This document shows, piece by piece, positions 37,025-47,501 of a stretch of DNA of 64,000 nt; position 1 is the stretch's first letter; each line of letters starts with the position of its first letter. The stretch lies in contig CBDCRA010000005.1 of the NCBI GenBank assembly GCA_965220845.1, positions 896,016 to 960,015 of the forward strand, in the 5' to 3' direction. The notes under the pieces were generated by a model, which saw nothing but the letters and a program-made list of their open reading frames with translations, was not told where the DNA came from and did not search any database. The translations under genes and the position numbers were made by a program. This DNA is from Candidatus Multivorans sp. (GTDB lineage Bacteria; Acidobacteriota; Thermoanaerobaculia; Multivoradales; Multivoraceae).

Positions 37025-37080
37025 CTCGAATCTCCTTGTTCCAAGGGTTCTCCAGAGCCTAACGCCTCGGCTCTCCGCTG

Positions 37081-37105
37081 GGTGCGCCGGCCTTCTGGCC
37101 GGCAT
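37081..37105 (+). repeat. REP-like palindromic element GGTGCGCCGGCCTTCTGGCCGGCAT (copy A)
   Basis: Perfect hairpin GCCGGCC-TTCT-GGCCGGC preceded by GGTGC. Between the DUF3604 stop (37132) and the paralog-3 start (37024). Identical core at 54066..54088 and inverted at 55521..55545. Confidence 0.6.
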
Positions 37106-37131
37106 GCCGCCGCAGGCGGCCTCTGGTGGCC

Positions 37132-39747
37132 CTAGCCTGAGTTCCCTCCCACCCAGAACGGACTCGACCACGCCATGCTGCCGTCGATCTGGCGGACGCG
37201 GAGGTAGTAGTAGTCGCCGGGCCGGACTTCGCCCTGGTCGGTGAAGCTGAACTCCTGGTCGAGGGCCCGACCCTCGGTCACGATCTGAGCCGAGAGCGCG
37301 TCCGTGTGCTCCAGCACCTGGTACTCGCGGCGCTCAACCTGGCCTTTCAGGTCGCCGAGGCGGAACCGCTCGGTGTTCGCCGGCAGTTCCTGGGGAATGC
37401 GAACGTAGCCGCCCGAGCCGCGCGACTCGGTCGTCGTCTCCATGTCGACGGTGATGACCGTGTCGGCGCTTGCGCCGCGCAACTCGAGAACGAGTGACTT
37501 CGGACGCCCACGGGTCGGGAAGTCGAAGTCGATCCGGTTCCGGTCTTCCGCGTTGCGGGCGGTTCGCCAGGTCGCGGGCTGCGTGAACCAGGGATCGTCG
37601 TGGTCGACCAGTTCGGCTCCGGCGACGTGGATCGCTCCTCTCCACGGTCGGCCGCCGCGTGGAGGCGTGCGCTCGCCGTGGATCTCGGTCGACGACTCGA
37701 AGGTGATCTGCACCCGCGCTTCCCCGGACAGAGCGCTCTCCAGGTATCTCCGGGTGTAGACGATCGCACCGTTCTTGATCACGTCGATGGCGTCGATCGG
37801 GGCCGTGCCGCTGACCCGGCAGTCGATCCGGCGCACGGCGGCCCCTTCCTGGCGGGTGCCCATGCGGGCGCCGTTGAGCGTCGCTTCGAGGAGGATCCGC
37901 TCGCCGGTGGTCGCATAGGCGGCCCGTTCGCGGAGCGCGTTGAAGATGGCATCGGCGTTGTTCTCCGCCGCGTAGACGGCGGCCAGACCGCCCAGTTGCC
38001 GGTTGCCGGCCCCGGAGTACCCGGGATGGCCGTTGTGGTTGTCGGAGGCGCCGATGAATCCGACCTCGAAGCCGTTCTGCAGGTACTTGTTGCCGAACCA
38101 GTCGAAGGTGCCGTGGCCGGACTGGATCTCGACCAGCCGCCCCAGGTCCGGATCGCTGTTCGTCCAGTCGGCGGGCTGGTGGGCGTGGGGGATGACCAGC
38201 ACGTCGTCGTTGCTGTTCCGGTCGCGCAGCCCCGCGTACAGCTCGTCGAGCAGGGGCGCCTCCTGGTTCGGAACCCGGCTGCGGCCGGGCGTGTCGCGGA
38301 AGAACACGTTGTGGTGCCCGCCGAGCGGCGACCGCGACGTCCACTCGAAGCCGAGGATCGTCGTGAATTCGCCTTCGATGCGGTACTCCTCGACCAGCTC
38401 CTGCAGCTTCCGCCACTCACTGTCGTCCATCCAGATGTCGTGCTCGGAGAGGCTCAGGAAGTCGAGCCGGGCCACTTCGCGGCCGAACCGGTAGTAGCCG
38501 TCCGGCGAGCCCTGGCCTTCGGCGAAGGCGGTGTGGCCGTGGGTCTCGCCCCAGTAGACGCGGTGAGCGGAGTCCTCCTCGACGCGGACGGGATTGCTCG
38601 TCGCCCGGATCGATCCGTCCTCGTTCCGGACGGAGAAGCGGTAGACGCCGGGTGCGGCCAGGCTCACGTCCTCGAGCAGCGAGATGGCGGGACTGCCGGC
38701 TTCGATCGTGCGGAACGGCTCGCCGTCCAGCAGCACCTCGAGCGCGGGCGTGACGCCGGACGACAGGTTCTTCAGCCGGTCCTCGGCGCGAACGGCCAGC
38801 GTAAAGGGCTCGCCCGGCGCAACGATCGACGGGGCGACGGCGTTGACGTAGCGGACCTCGTCGCGGCCCAGCACCTCGAAGGAAGGCCAGGCCGGTCGCA
38901 GCAGGTCGCCCGTGCCTTCGATGTCGGCGTAAAGGTGCAGGATCACCTGGTCGTTGGAGGTTTCCTGCAGCGTGAATCCGGGTCCGCCCCCTGAGGTGTC
39001 GCCGTAGGTGATGGTGATCGTGTCGCCTTCATCGAGCGACGCACCGCTCAGACGGAACTGCAGCACGGCGCGAGGGACGCCGGCGCGCGCCTGGCCGCCG
39101 CGGTTGCCGAAGTGCATCCCCCGCCAGTCTCCCCATGGTTCGCTGGCGGTCAGCGTCGCGTCCGGATTCGACGTCTCGACCGAGACGTAGTTCCGGCCCG
39201 CCGGGTCCTCGGCCTGAACGCCGGTCCGCCGCGCTCCGCGCACCAGGATGCCGCCGCCCTCCGCCATGCCGAGCGTGCCCACGGTGTAGGTCAACCGGAC
39301 CGTCACCTGGTCGCCGGCGCGGAAGGGACCGGGCGGGTCGAGCGTCAGCGTGCCGACCGCCTCCGGGTGTTCGTCCTTGATCTGGAACTCCCGGGTGTAG
39401 AGGCGGATGAATTCCGAGACTCTCGGCACCGGAATCGTCGCTCCCCCTCCGAGCCCCCGGAGTGAACGGTTCGCGTTCGCGAGAAGCTGCGGGAAGACGT
39501 CGGGGATCGGCCCGCCGGTGAGGGAGTAGGCGTTCGACCACTGCCACAGCGTGTCGAGCCGATCGCTCAGGACGGCGATGTCTTCGGTGGTCTCAGGCGC
39601 CTCCAGCTTCAGCGCCTCGACGCGTTGGCGCAGGTCGGGAGAGAGGTAGTCGCCCGAGTCGCCGCCGGTGCAGCCTTGAGTGATGAGTGCCAGGACGAGC
39701 GGACACAGGATCACCAGGAGGTTTGCAGAGCGGCGTCGTTTCGACAT
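37132..39747 (-). CDS. DUF3604 domain protein (PHP-like metal-dependent phosphoesterase fold), lipoprotein
   Basis: Start ATG 39747 (MSKRRRSANLLVILCPLVLALITQGC). DUF3604 signature region (WGETHGHTAFAEGQGSPDGYYRFGREVARLDFLSLSEHD ... VIPHAHQ). Confidence 0.7.
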   Translation of the reverse strand: MSKRRRSANLLVILCPLVLALITQGCTGGDSGDYLSPDLRQRVEALKLEAPETTEDIAVLSDRLDTLWQWSNAYSLTGGPIPDVFPQLLANANRSLRGLGGGATIPVPRVSEFIRLYTREFQIKDEHPEAVGTLTLDPPGPFRAGDQVTVRLTYTVGTLGMAEGGGILVRGARRTGVQAEDPAGRNYVSVETSNPDATLTASEPWGDWRGMHFGNRGGQARAGVPRAVLQFRLSGASLDEGDTITITYGDTSGGGPGFTLQETSNDQVILHLYADIEGTGDLLRPAWPSFEVLGRDEVRYVNAVAPSIVAPGEPFTLAVRAEDRLKNLSSGVTPALEVLLDGEPFRTIEAGSPAISLLEDVSLAAPGVYRFSVRNEDGSIRATSNPVRVEEDSAHRVYWGETHGHTAFAEGQGSPDGYYRFGREVARLDFLSLSEHDIWMDDSEWRKLQELVEEYRIEGEFTTILGFEWTSRSPLGGHHNVFFRDTPGRSRVPNQEAPLLDELYAGLRDRNSNDDVLVIPHAHQPADWTNSDPDLGRLVEIQSGHGTFDWFGNKYLQNGFEVGFIGASDNHNGHPGYSGAGNRQLGGLAAVYAAENNADAIFNALRERAAYATTGERILLEATLNGARMGTRQEGAAVRRIDCRVSGTAPIDAIDVIKNGAIVYTRRYLESALSGEARVQITFESSTEIHGERTPPRGGRPWRGAIHVAGAELVDHDDPWFTQPATWRTARNAEDRNRIDFDFPTRGRPKSLVLELRGASADTVITVDMETTTESRGSGGYVRIPQELPANTERFRLGDLKGQVERREYQVLEHTDALSAQIVTEGRALDQEFSFTDQGEVRPGDYYYLRVRQIDGSMAWSSPFWVGGNSG

Positions 39748-39799
39748 GTTGCCCAGTACGATAGCGGGCTGACCTACTTGGGAGATCGGGATTCTGAGA

Positions 39800-40966
39800 A
39801 TGGACCGGCGAAGACTGCTCGTGGACGGGCTGGCTCTGGCAGCCGGCCTGGGTCTGAGTCCCCTGAGGCTCGTTTCCCAGGAAGCCTCCTCGACGCGAGC
39901 CACCACTCAACTCGAACCGGAAGGCTTCTTCACCCTCGGGCAACGTCAGGGCCACTGGTGGTTCGTGGACCCGGCGGGCAAGCCGTTCTTCTCGATCGGC
40001 CTGAACCACTTCGACCCGGCGAGCCTCCGCTACCCGGAGAACATCGACATCTGGCGTGAGAAGTACGGAGGCAGCACGATCCGATGGATCAGGGAGTCGG
40101 TCGCTCCCAACCTCAAGGCTTGGGGTTTCAACACCGTCGGTTGGGTTCAGGAGGTGTCCGTGCGGGAGTGGCGGCACTCGCGTTCGTTCACCGTCGACGA
40201 GTACCGGGCGCTGGAGATGCCCTACTGCCATCTACTTCCCTTCATGGAATCCCACCAGTGGGAGAAGCACACGGTTCACTACGACTTCCGTAGCGCCGAC
40301 TGGCAGGAATGGTGCGACTACTTGGCCAGGTCGCATTGTGCGGAACTGGCGGATGACCCGAACCTGATCGGCTACTTCTACAGCGATTGCCCTACCTGGA
40401 TTCATGAGAGGCCGCTGAACGAGTGGCGGGGCCCGATCTTCGACCCGGAGCGACTCGAGTCGGAGGCCGGCCGCAGGGAACTGACCGAGTTGGCCTACCA
40501 TTACTACAAGACGACGCACGATGCGATCAGGCGGTACGACAGGCACCACCTGATCCTCGGCGACCGCTACGAGGCGAACGCACCCATCGCGCTACAGGTC
40601 ATCCAGGCCGCGTCGCTGTTCGTCGACGTACTGTCATTCCAGGACTTCCGTGATCCGGTCAAGCACCTCGACGAATGGCACAGGAAGACGGGAAAGCCGG
40701 TCCTGCTGGCCGATGCGGCCAGGATCAGGTGGCAGACGGCTCCGGGGGAGTTCACTCCGAACGATGGGGCGTGGTACGCGGAAACGCTGGCGGAACTGTT
40801 CGAGAATCCGGGATGTGTGGGCTTCCATCTCTGCGGGGCCTACCAGCGGAACAAGGCGCGCCGCTACGGGCTGCTCGATGAGATGGAGAATCCCGACACT
40901 GAGCAGGTGGAGATGATGACGGTCGCCAACCGGAGAATTGACCGGTTAATGGCCGAGCGCTTCTGA
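39800..40966 (+). CDS. Tat-signal secreted protein, putative glycoside-hydrolase-like TIM-barrel protein
   Basis: Twin-arginine signal MDRRRLLVDGLALAAGLGLSPL. Aromatic and acidic residue-rich (W/Y/E) sequence. Family not confidently identified. Confidence 0.5.
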   Translation: MDRRRLLVDGLALAAGLGLSPLRLVSQEASSTRATTQLEPEGFFTLGQRQGHWWFVDPAGKPFFSIGLNHFDPASLRYPENIDIWREKYGGSTIRWIRESVAPNLKAWGFNTVGWVQEVSVREWRHSRSFTVDEYRALEMPYCHLLPFMESHQWEKHTVHYDFRSADWQEWCDYLARSHCAELADDPNLIGYFYSDCPTWIHERPLNEWRGPIFDPERLESEAGRRELTELAYHYYKTTHDAIRRYDRHHLILGDRYEANAPIALQVIQAASLFVDVLSFQDFRDPVKHLDEWHRKTGKPVLLADAARIRWQTAPGEFTPNDGAWYAETLAELFENPGCVGFHLCGAYQRNKARRYGLLDEMENPDTEQVEMMTVANRRIDRLMAERF

Positions 40967-42190
40967 GCCCTGGTCGGCCGGCTCGTCGCCGTCGCCACGG
41001 GTCATCGTGTCGACCGTGGTCGCGGCGCACATGTGGGCAATGACATTGGCCGCCGAGCGGAAGACGTCGGGCACGCGGTCGATCCCCAGCAGGATGCCGA
41101 GTCCCGCCAGGGGTACGCCCACGACGTCAAGCGCCGGCGCCAGCGACACGATGCTGGCGCTTGGCACCGGAGCGACCGTCATCGCGGCGAGGAAGATCGC
41201 CAGCACCGCCGCGGCGATCAGCCCCGCGTCGAGCGGCACGCCGTAGATCTTCGCCAGGAAGACGAGCGACGCGCTCTGGAACAGCGCGCTGCCGGGGCGG
41301 TTGATCGAGGCCGCCAGCGGCAGGATTAGCGTGTACTTGCGCTCGGACAGGCCGAGCTTCTTCGCCTCCTGCAGCATCATGGGCAGCGTTCCCACGGACG
41401 TCGTCGTGGTGAAGCCCACGGTGTAGGTGCCCACGGTCGCCCGGATGAAGCGTCCGGGCGGTACGCCGCCCAGGAACCAGACCGCGGGCAGGAGAACGAG
41501 GCCCTTCAGGATGAAGAGGCCCGCCACCACGGCGACGATGAAGACGGCGAGGTTCTGCAGCATCGCCGCCCCCGTCTTCGCGATGACCGGCGCCGCGAGA
41601 CCGAAGACGCCCACCGGCGCCGTCCACAGGATCCAGCTCATCAGCTTCGTCAGAGCGTCGCCCAGGGCCTCCGCGAAGGCCGTGAGCGTCCGTTGCTTCT
41701 CGCTCGGCAGGGTGGTCGTCGCCGCGGCCAGGAGGACGACGAAGATGAGGAGGGAGAGCAGCGCCCCGTCGGCGGCGACCTGAACCGGATTCCGCGGCAC
41801 GAGGTTGACCAGAAAGTCCACGATGCCCACACCGGCGGTGTCCAGGTTCTCTACGGGCGTGGGTGGCGCCACCGGCGCCGCGAACGTCAGGGCGAAGCCC
41901 ATGACCCCCATGCCGATCAGGATCGCCGGCAGCGTCGTCGCCCAGAAGAAGCCCACGGCGAGTCCCCCCAGCTGTCCGAGCTTCCGCAGGTCGCCGATCC
42001 GCCCCACGCCGACGAAGACGACCGCCGCCACCAGCGGAATGACGACCATCTGGATCGCCCGCAGGAAGATCTGCCCGAGCGGCTCGACCCCCTCGGCGGC
42101 CCGCAGCAGCGCCGGCGAACCCGTCGCGGAGGCGGCGATGCCGAGCCCCAGGCCGAGCGCCAGGCCGATGAGAATGGCGCGTGTGTTCAC
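40946..42190 (-). CDS. dicarboxylate/amino acid:cation symporter (DAACS, GltP/DctA-like)
   Basis: Typical DAACS topology and motifs. Start placed at GTG 42190 (MNTRAILIGLALGLGLG, canonical N-terminus). The track start at 42286 would overlap vapC by 38 nt. Confidence 0.8.
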   Translation of the reverse strand: MNTRAILIGLALGLGLGIAASATGSPALLRAAEGVEPLGQIFLRAIQMVVIPLVAAVVFVGVGRIGDLRKLGQLGGLAVGFFWATTLPAILIGMGVMGFALTFAAPVAPPTPVENLDTAGVGIVDFLVNLVPRNPVQVAADGALLSLLIFVVLLAAATTTLPSEKQRTLTAFAEALGDALTKLMSWILWTAPVGVFGLAAPVIAKTGAAMLQNLAVFIVAVVAGLFILKGLVLLPAVWFLGGVPPGRFIRATVGTYTVGFTTTTSVGTLPMMLQEAKKLGLSERKYTLILPLAASINRPGSALFQSASLVFLAKIYGVPLDAGLIAAAVLAIFLAAMTVAPVPSASIVSLAPALDVVGVPLAGLGILLGIDRVPDVFRSAANVIAHMCAATTVDTMTRGDGDEPADQGSEALGH

Positions 42191-42248
42191 AGGGGAGATG
42201 GGCCGTTCTTCCCAGTCCGCGTTTGCGAACGGCAGGGCATGTCCGTCG

Positions 42249-42671
42249 TCACGATGCGGGCGGTTCGGCGAACGGATTGACCACACGCACGCCGTCGTAG
42301 TTCTGGCCGTGGTTCAGATCTTCGGAGTAAACCGCGTCGCAGCCCAATGCGCGAGCCGCAGCGAGGATCGCTCCGTCCCAGTAGGCGATCCGGTAGCGCC
42401 GGCTGAGCCTCACCGCCTCCTGGAAGATGTCGACCGTCATCGGTTGGATGCGAAACGACAGCATCGGTTGCAAGAAGACCAAGGCGTCAGCGTGAGACAG
42501 ATGGGCCGGGCGGGTGGGCCGCGTGACCTGGTGGTAGAACTCCTGGAGAACCTGGACCGACAGGGCCAGATCGCCTGCGTCAAGCAGGCTCTGCGCCGCC
42601 CGCTGCTTGGCGACCTCTCCCGGGGCCGGGCTTGCGGCGTAGATCAGGACGTTCGTGTCGACGAATCGCAC
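42249..42671 (-). CDS. vapC: type II toxin VapC (PIN-domain ribonuclease)
   Basis: MRFVDTNVLIYA... PIN acidic residues present. Confidence 0.85.
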   Translation of the reverse strand: MRFVDTNVLIYAASPAPGEVAKQRAAQSLLDAGDLALSVQVLQEFYHQVTRPTRPAHLSHADALVFLQPMLSFRIQPMTVDIFQEAVRLSRRYRIAYWDGAILAAARALGCDAVYSEDLNHGQNYDGVRVVNPFAEPPAS

Positions 42672-42683
42672 CAGATCCCAGGG

Positions 42684-43010
42684 TCACCGCGAGTCACGGG
42701 GACCGGCGGCGATCTGAGCCTCCGCTCTCGCCCTGTCGCGGTCGTAGAGTTCTTCTCGGGACAGGTTGTCCGCAGCGGAGAAACCGGGCGAGTTGATGCG
42801 GATCCTCTCGATTGCGTCGTTCAGCATCCGACGGCGCTGCTCTACGTCGCTGGGACTCGGCGTGCTGGCCGTCAAGCGTCTGGCACCTTCGGGCGTCAGG
42901 CCCTGCAGGTACTCCCTAACCAGTGCGGAAACGGAGGTGTCGAGTTCCGCTGCACGGATGCGGGAGTTCCGGTAGGTCTCGTCGTCGACGGATACGGTGA
43001 TGTTCCTCAT
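42684..43010 (-). CDS. vapB: type II antitoxin, ribbon-helix-helix (VapB/CopG-like)
   Basis: Start ATG 43010 (MRNITVSVDDETYRNSRIRAAELDTSVSALVREYLQ). 12 nt upstream of vapC. Confidence 0.75.
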   Translation of the reverse strand: MRNITVSVDDETYRNSRIRAAELDTSVSALVREYLQGLTPEGARRLTASTPSPSDVEQRRRMLNDAIERIRINSPGFSAADNLSREELYDRDRARAEAQIAAGPRDSR

Positions 43011-43095
43011 GGCCACAGCCTCACGGTTCCTGTGCTGCACAGCATACCAGCGGCTTCGGACATCGGGAAGCCGCGTCGGTCGGTCCGCGCCGATG

Positions 43096-43281
43096 CTACG
43101 ACGCCTTCCCCTGCTGGGGTCGCGCTGCCAGACGGCGCAGGAGCGGGTCCGAGAATTCTCGAGTGTTCAGCCAATCAACCCGCTCTTCGGGCGACATCCG
43201 AGCCATCTTGGCGCTGAGGCGATCCCGGATCTCTCGTACGGACGCCACGCAGTCGTAGTCCTTCTCGGCCTTGGTCGTCAT
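43096..43281 (-). CDS. small hypothetical protein (61 aa)
   Basis: GAGGAG 7 nt upstream of ATG 43281. Composition is non-low-complexity (MTTKAEKDYDCVASVREIRDRLSAKMARMSPEERVDWLNTREF...). Confidence 0.5.
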   Translation of the reverse strand: MTTKAEKDYDCVASVREIRDRLSAKMARMSPEERVDWLNTREFSDPLLRRLAARPQQGKAS

Positions 43282-44295
43282 CTTCCAGCTCCTCGGGGCT
43301 CAGCATGTCTGAGCATGGTACAGCCCATCTCGCGGTCTGACGTCATTGAACGCGTGCTTCGACGTGTTGTAGAACTCTTGCCGGGCCGCCCGTCGGTGGC
43401 CTTGGTCTTGTTGCAGCAACGGCCTTCATCGCTGCGTGCTGTTTCGGGTGCGGGGGTGCTGCGACCGAGACGACTTGGCCACCCACAACACTCTCAACGA
43501 CCGCGCGCGGCCGCCGGGCACATGGCCAGCGGCGGGTCATGCTCGAGGAGGAACTGAACAATGCGTTGGACTCCCATGGAACCAGACATCGGCGAGGAGG
43601 ATGGCTTCACGGACGAGACCGATATCTTCGGGTACAAGCAGTTCGGCTTGGGACTCGCCAAGATCTTGGCGGTTTCGGTAGACGATCCGGTCCTACTGGT
43701 GGACGGTGATTGGGGGACCGGGAAGACGATCTTCGCGCGTCAATGGGCCGGTCTCCTTCGGCAGCAGGGAAACGCTGTTCTCTACTTCGACGCCTTCGCA
43801 TCGGACTACCAGGACGACGCCTTTCTCGCACTGGTGGATGCGGTCTACGACTTTGCGGAGACCGAGAATCTCGCCAAGGAGGACCGCCGAGCCTTCAGCT
43901 CCAGGGCGGCAAAGGCCGGGGCCTTGGGGCTGGCAAAGAGCCTAGGCCGGCATGTCGTTCCTGGTGTGGACCTAACCGCTGTGGCCGAAGAAGTGGTGCG
44001 AGCCACGAAGTTTGAGACTTCTCAGCTCACGGCATGGATCGAGGATTCTCGAGCTAGGCGAGACGCGATCAGCAAGTTCCGCGACTCCCTTGAGAAGCTT
44101 GCGAAGGCAGCCGTCCGAATGGGCGCGGAGGAGGCCGCGGATGCGTCTCCCGAGGGTGACGCTCTGGACGAGGAACGTAACGAGCGTCGCTTGGTCGTCA
44201 TCGTAGACGAGTTGGATCGGTGCAAGCCCGACTTCGCTCTTAGTGTCCTCGAGCGGATCAAGCACGTCTTCGGTGTTCCTGGCCTGCGCTTTGTA

Positions 44296-46050
44296 CTAGC
44301 CCGCATATCTCACGGGGTGATTTGAGATCGGGCCTCTTCCCGCGGATAATCCAAGTGTTGTCAAGCATTTGGACAGTCCACAGGAGCGAGACCCGTGAAG
44401 ACAGAGTGTACTCCGTCGCAGCTTGAGTTCGGTTTCCACGGTCGCCGCCGTGTGACGGCCTGTTTCGACGGTGGCCGTTTGACGACGGAGGGCGGCGGGC
44501 TGCTGCTTCGGGAGACGGATACGCGAATCGGTCTGCTGGATCGCATGGCGTCGTGTTTTCGGGATCACCGGGATCCGTCGGCGGTGGAGCACACGGTGCG
44601 GGACCTGGTCTCTCAGCGGGTCTACGGTCTGGCTCTGGGCTACGAGGACCTGAATGACCACAATCAGCTTCGCCTCGACGCGTTCATGGCGCTGCTGGTG
44701 GGCAAGTCGGACATCACGGGCGCCGATCGTCGGCGGTCGCGGGACAAGGGTCGTCCCCTGGCGAGCGCATCGGGGTTGAATCGTCTGGAGTTGTCGCGGC
44801 CGGAGGAGGCACAAGGTAGCCGCTACAAGCGGACTCCGGCGGACGGCGCGGCCCTGGACGGCCTGCTGGTGGACCTGTTCCTGGAGGCTTTCGAGGAGGC
44901 GCCGGAGGAGATCGTGCTGGATCTGGACGCGACCGACGATCCGCTGCACGGGGAGCAGGAGGGTCGGTTCTTCCACGGCTACTACCGGTGCTACTGCTAC
45001 ATGCCGCTGTACGCGTTCTGCGGCGAGCACCTGCTGCTGGCGCGTCTGCGGCGGTCGGACCAGGACGCCAGCGCCGGGACGGTCCGCGAGTTAGCGCCGA
45101 TCGTCGCCCGGATCCGGGAGGCGTGGCCGGACACCCGGATCGTCCTGCGCGGCGACTCGGGCTTCTGCCGGGAGCGGATCATGGCCTGGTGCGAGAGGGA
45201 AGGGCTCTTCTACGTGTTCGGCGTGGCAAGGAATCCGCGCCTTGCGAGGCGGCTCGCCAAAGCGCTTGCGAAGTCGCGGCGGCGATTTCATGCGACCGAA
45301 AAGCCCTCGCGGCGGTTCCGGGAGTTCCGCTACAGGACCCGCTCCTCCTGGTCCCGCAAGAGGCGGGTGGTGGGCAAGGCGGAGTGGCTCCAAAAGGGCG
45401 GCAATCCCCGCTTCATCGTCTCCAATCTGCCCAAGAGCCGCGCCGGCAAGCAGGCGCTCTACGAGCTGCTCTACTGCGCCCGTGGCGACATGGAAAACCG
45501 GATCAAGGAGCAGCAGCTCGATCTCTTCGCCGACCGCACCTCCACCGCCACCATGGCCGCCAATCAACTCCGCCTCTACTTCTCCTCCTTCGCCTACGTC
45601 TTGCTCGCCGCCGTGCGACGCCTCGCTCTGGCCGACACCGACAAGGCCCACCTCCAGTGCGGCACCATCCGCCTGCGCTTCTTCAAGATCGCCGCACGAC
45701 TGCGCATCACCCATCGCCGCATCTGGGTCCACCTGGCCAACGTCTTCCCCTGGCAAAACGACTTCGCACAGGCCCTGGCAAACCTCCAGAGAAAACCCCT
45801 CTACCACCCGCCGGCCTGAGACCGGACGAAAACCGACACCACAACGCGGCGCCTTGCATCGACTCCACGCCCAGAGTGCGCCCGAAAACCGCACCGAACC
45901 GCTGCGGACAAGCCACTCCGACGCCGAAATGAACCGACTCCGACTCCGCAGGACACCTGACCAGCCACCGACAGACCAGGACGGCATTCAAGGGGACTGC
46001 CCACCCCGAACTCAGCCCTCACGCCCGAGCCGGTGAAACATGCGGGCTAG
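44296..46050 (+). mobile_element. IS1380-family insertion sequence (~1.75 kb)
   Basis: Imperfect ~20-bp terminal inverted repeats: CTAGCCCGCATATCTCACGG at 44296 versus the reverse complement of CGGTGAAACATGCGGGCTAG ending at 46050. Contains a single transposase ORF. Target-site duplication not clearly resolved. Confidence 0.75.
44395..45819 (+). CDS. IS1380-family DDE transposase
   Basis: GTG start with AGGAG upstream. 474 aa. Family-typical N-terminus (FDGGRLTTEGGGLLLRE) and GYEDLNDHNQLRLD... motifs. Confidence 0.85.
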   Translation: MKTECTPSQLEFGFHGRRRVTACFDGGRLTTEGGGLLLRETDTRIGLLDRMASCFRDHRDPSAVEHTVRDLVSQRVYGLALGYEDLNDHNQLRLDAFMALLVGKSDITGADRRRSRDKGRPLASASGLNRLELSRPEEAQGSRYKRTPADGAALDGLLVDLFLEAFEEAPEEIVLDLDATDDPLHGEQEGRFFHGYYRCYCYMPLYAFCGEHLLLARLRRSDQDASAGTVRELAPIVARIREAWPDTRIVLRGDSGFCRERIMAWCEREGLFYVFGVARNPRLARRLAKALAKSRRRFHATEKPSRRFREFRYRTRSSWSRKRRVVGKAEWLQKGGNPRFIVSNLPKSRAGKQALYELLYCARGDMENRIKEQQLDLFADRTSTATMAANQLRLYFSSFAYVLLAAVRRLALADTDKAHLQCGTIRLRFFKIAARLRITHRRIWVHLANVFPWQNDFAQALANLQRKPLYHPPA

Positions 46051-46826
46051 TCACAAACTTCGCCGAGCTTGAGCAGTCGGTAAGGCGAGCCTACGGAGAT
46101 GTAGGAGCGAGGAAGTACCTGGAGAAGTTCTACGATCTTCGAGTGCGACTTCCTGAAAGCCGGGGACCGAGAGGATTCTCCACGAAGACCGCCGTGTACG
46201 CCCGGCGCCTGCGCGAGACACTCTCTGAAGCGGGCCTTGGCGTATCAGTTGAGATCGAGAACCCGCTTCGATCTCTGGCCGACTCAGAGCAGATGAGTCT
46301 TCGGACCATGGAGCACGTAGCCCGTAACATCCTCGTGTTGGCGGCAAACCGCCGTACTTACTATGGCCGTGACGAAGTGGCAGTCGCCCTGATCAGCGCT
46401 ATCCGAGTCGTCAAGCCCGAGCTCTTCAGGCGGATCGAGCGGGGCGAGGCTCAGGAGACAGATGAGGAGGTCCTGAAGATGAAAGTTCGTTGCCCTAAAG
46501 CCGCAGGGACGCCGCTTGCCCCCGGACTCTGAAGAGTACGAAAGGCGGCTGCGTGAGCAGCAGGCGGAAGTGCTGAGGGCCGACTGGGGACTAAGGGACG
46601 CTGCCAGAGTACTTAAGGCATTTGACATCTGATCCCTGTGGCGTTTGAGTACGGGGACGAGGATGCCCTTGCAGGGGACTTAGAACTACTCCCCCACCCT
46701 GGAGCCGCGTGTCCGGCGCGAATAGTCCGACTGACCGGGGCAAGCCCCGGCCGAACGAAGTCGTGGCAACCCGGTTGCTGAGTTGCGTTAGATTTGGAGA
46801 ACCCGTGCTTGGCTCGGAGGCAGTAA

Positions 46827-47501
46827 CTAGGGAGGAGAGAGGAAGACGTTTCTGGCGACTTTCCCGATCGCGTACGTTGTAGAGGCGTCAAACCCTCCGC
46901 CGACGATGCCGCCGGCCACGGGAATGAACTTGTGAATGTTCACGATACCCTTTTCTCCGAACTTGGTAAGAAGACGGAAACCTACCGCCTTGTTTATTCC
47001 AATGAGCGTGTCGCCGGGTATTGCCTTGATTGCAGTGGCCGCCAGTTTCTTGCCGATCTCAATGCCGGTCGACTTGAGGATGTCTGTCGCTGCCTTGCCG
47101 CAGAGGCATGCGTAGCAGAGAGTTCTGACATCATCACGTCCGGTGTCGTGTCCTCCGAGATGAGCGATCGCTGCGATCATTCGTACCTGCAAGAAGAGAA
47201 CGCCCACGAGGTTCGCCGGAACTCCTATAGGCATGGTGATGAGACCGCCGAGGCCCGTCACGAATCCGGTAGTGCCGGCCTTCAGTACCTGCCAACGCAC
47301 CAGTCGGCGCGCTGCTTCATCGGTTGAGAGCGGCTCTTGGCGGGGCGGTTTCCTGTAGTCATCCGCGAGCTTGTAGGCATCAGCCATCTCTGTGGCTGAC
47401 TTCTGGCCTAGCCGCGGTATCCCCTCGACTGCGTAGTCGTAGAGCGAGTCGAGTAGTTTGAGGAGCCGGTCGCGTTCGGCGGGATTCTCTTCACTGGGCA
47501 T
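46827..47501 (-). CDS. EcsC family protein
   Basis: 224 aa. EcsC-like sequence. Region noticeably lower in GC than the flanks. Confidence 0.55.
   Translation of the reverse strand: MPSEENPAERDRLLKLLDSLYDYAVEGIPRLGQKSATEMADAYKLADDYRKPPRQEPLSTDEAARRLVRWQVLKAGTTGFVTGLGGLITMPIGVPANLVGVLFLQVRMIAAIAHLGGHDTGRDDVRTLCYACLCGKAATDILKSTGIEIGKKLAATAIKAIPGDTLIGINKAVGFRLLTKFGEKGIVNIHKFIPVAGGIVGGGFDASTTYAIGKVARNVFLSPP

Larger units (their letters stand above)
43561..46532 (+). pseudogene. KAP-family P-loop NTPase gene interrupted by an IS1380-family insertion
   Basis: N-terminal fragment 43561..44295 (Walker A VDGDWGTGKT, VVIVDELDRCKPDFALSVLERIKHVF). C-terminal fragment resumes in frame at 46050 (VTNFAELEQSVRRAYGDVGARKYLEKFYDLRVRLPE...). 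A possible additional frameshift lies near 46500. Confidence 0.75.

Noticed and set aside
43282-43560. Short hairpin GCTCAG-CATGT-CTGAGC upstream of the KAP NTPase gene
   Set aside because: Only a 6-bp stem, within a divergent promoter region. Too weak to call a regulatory element.
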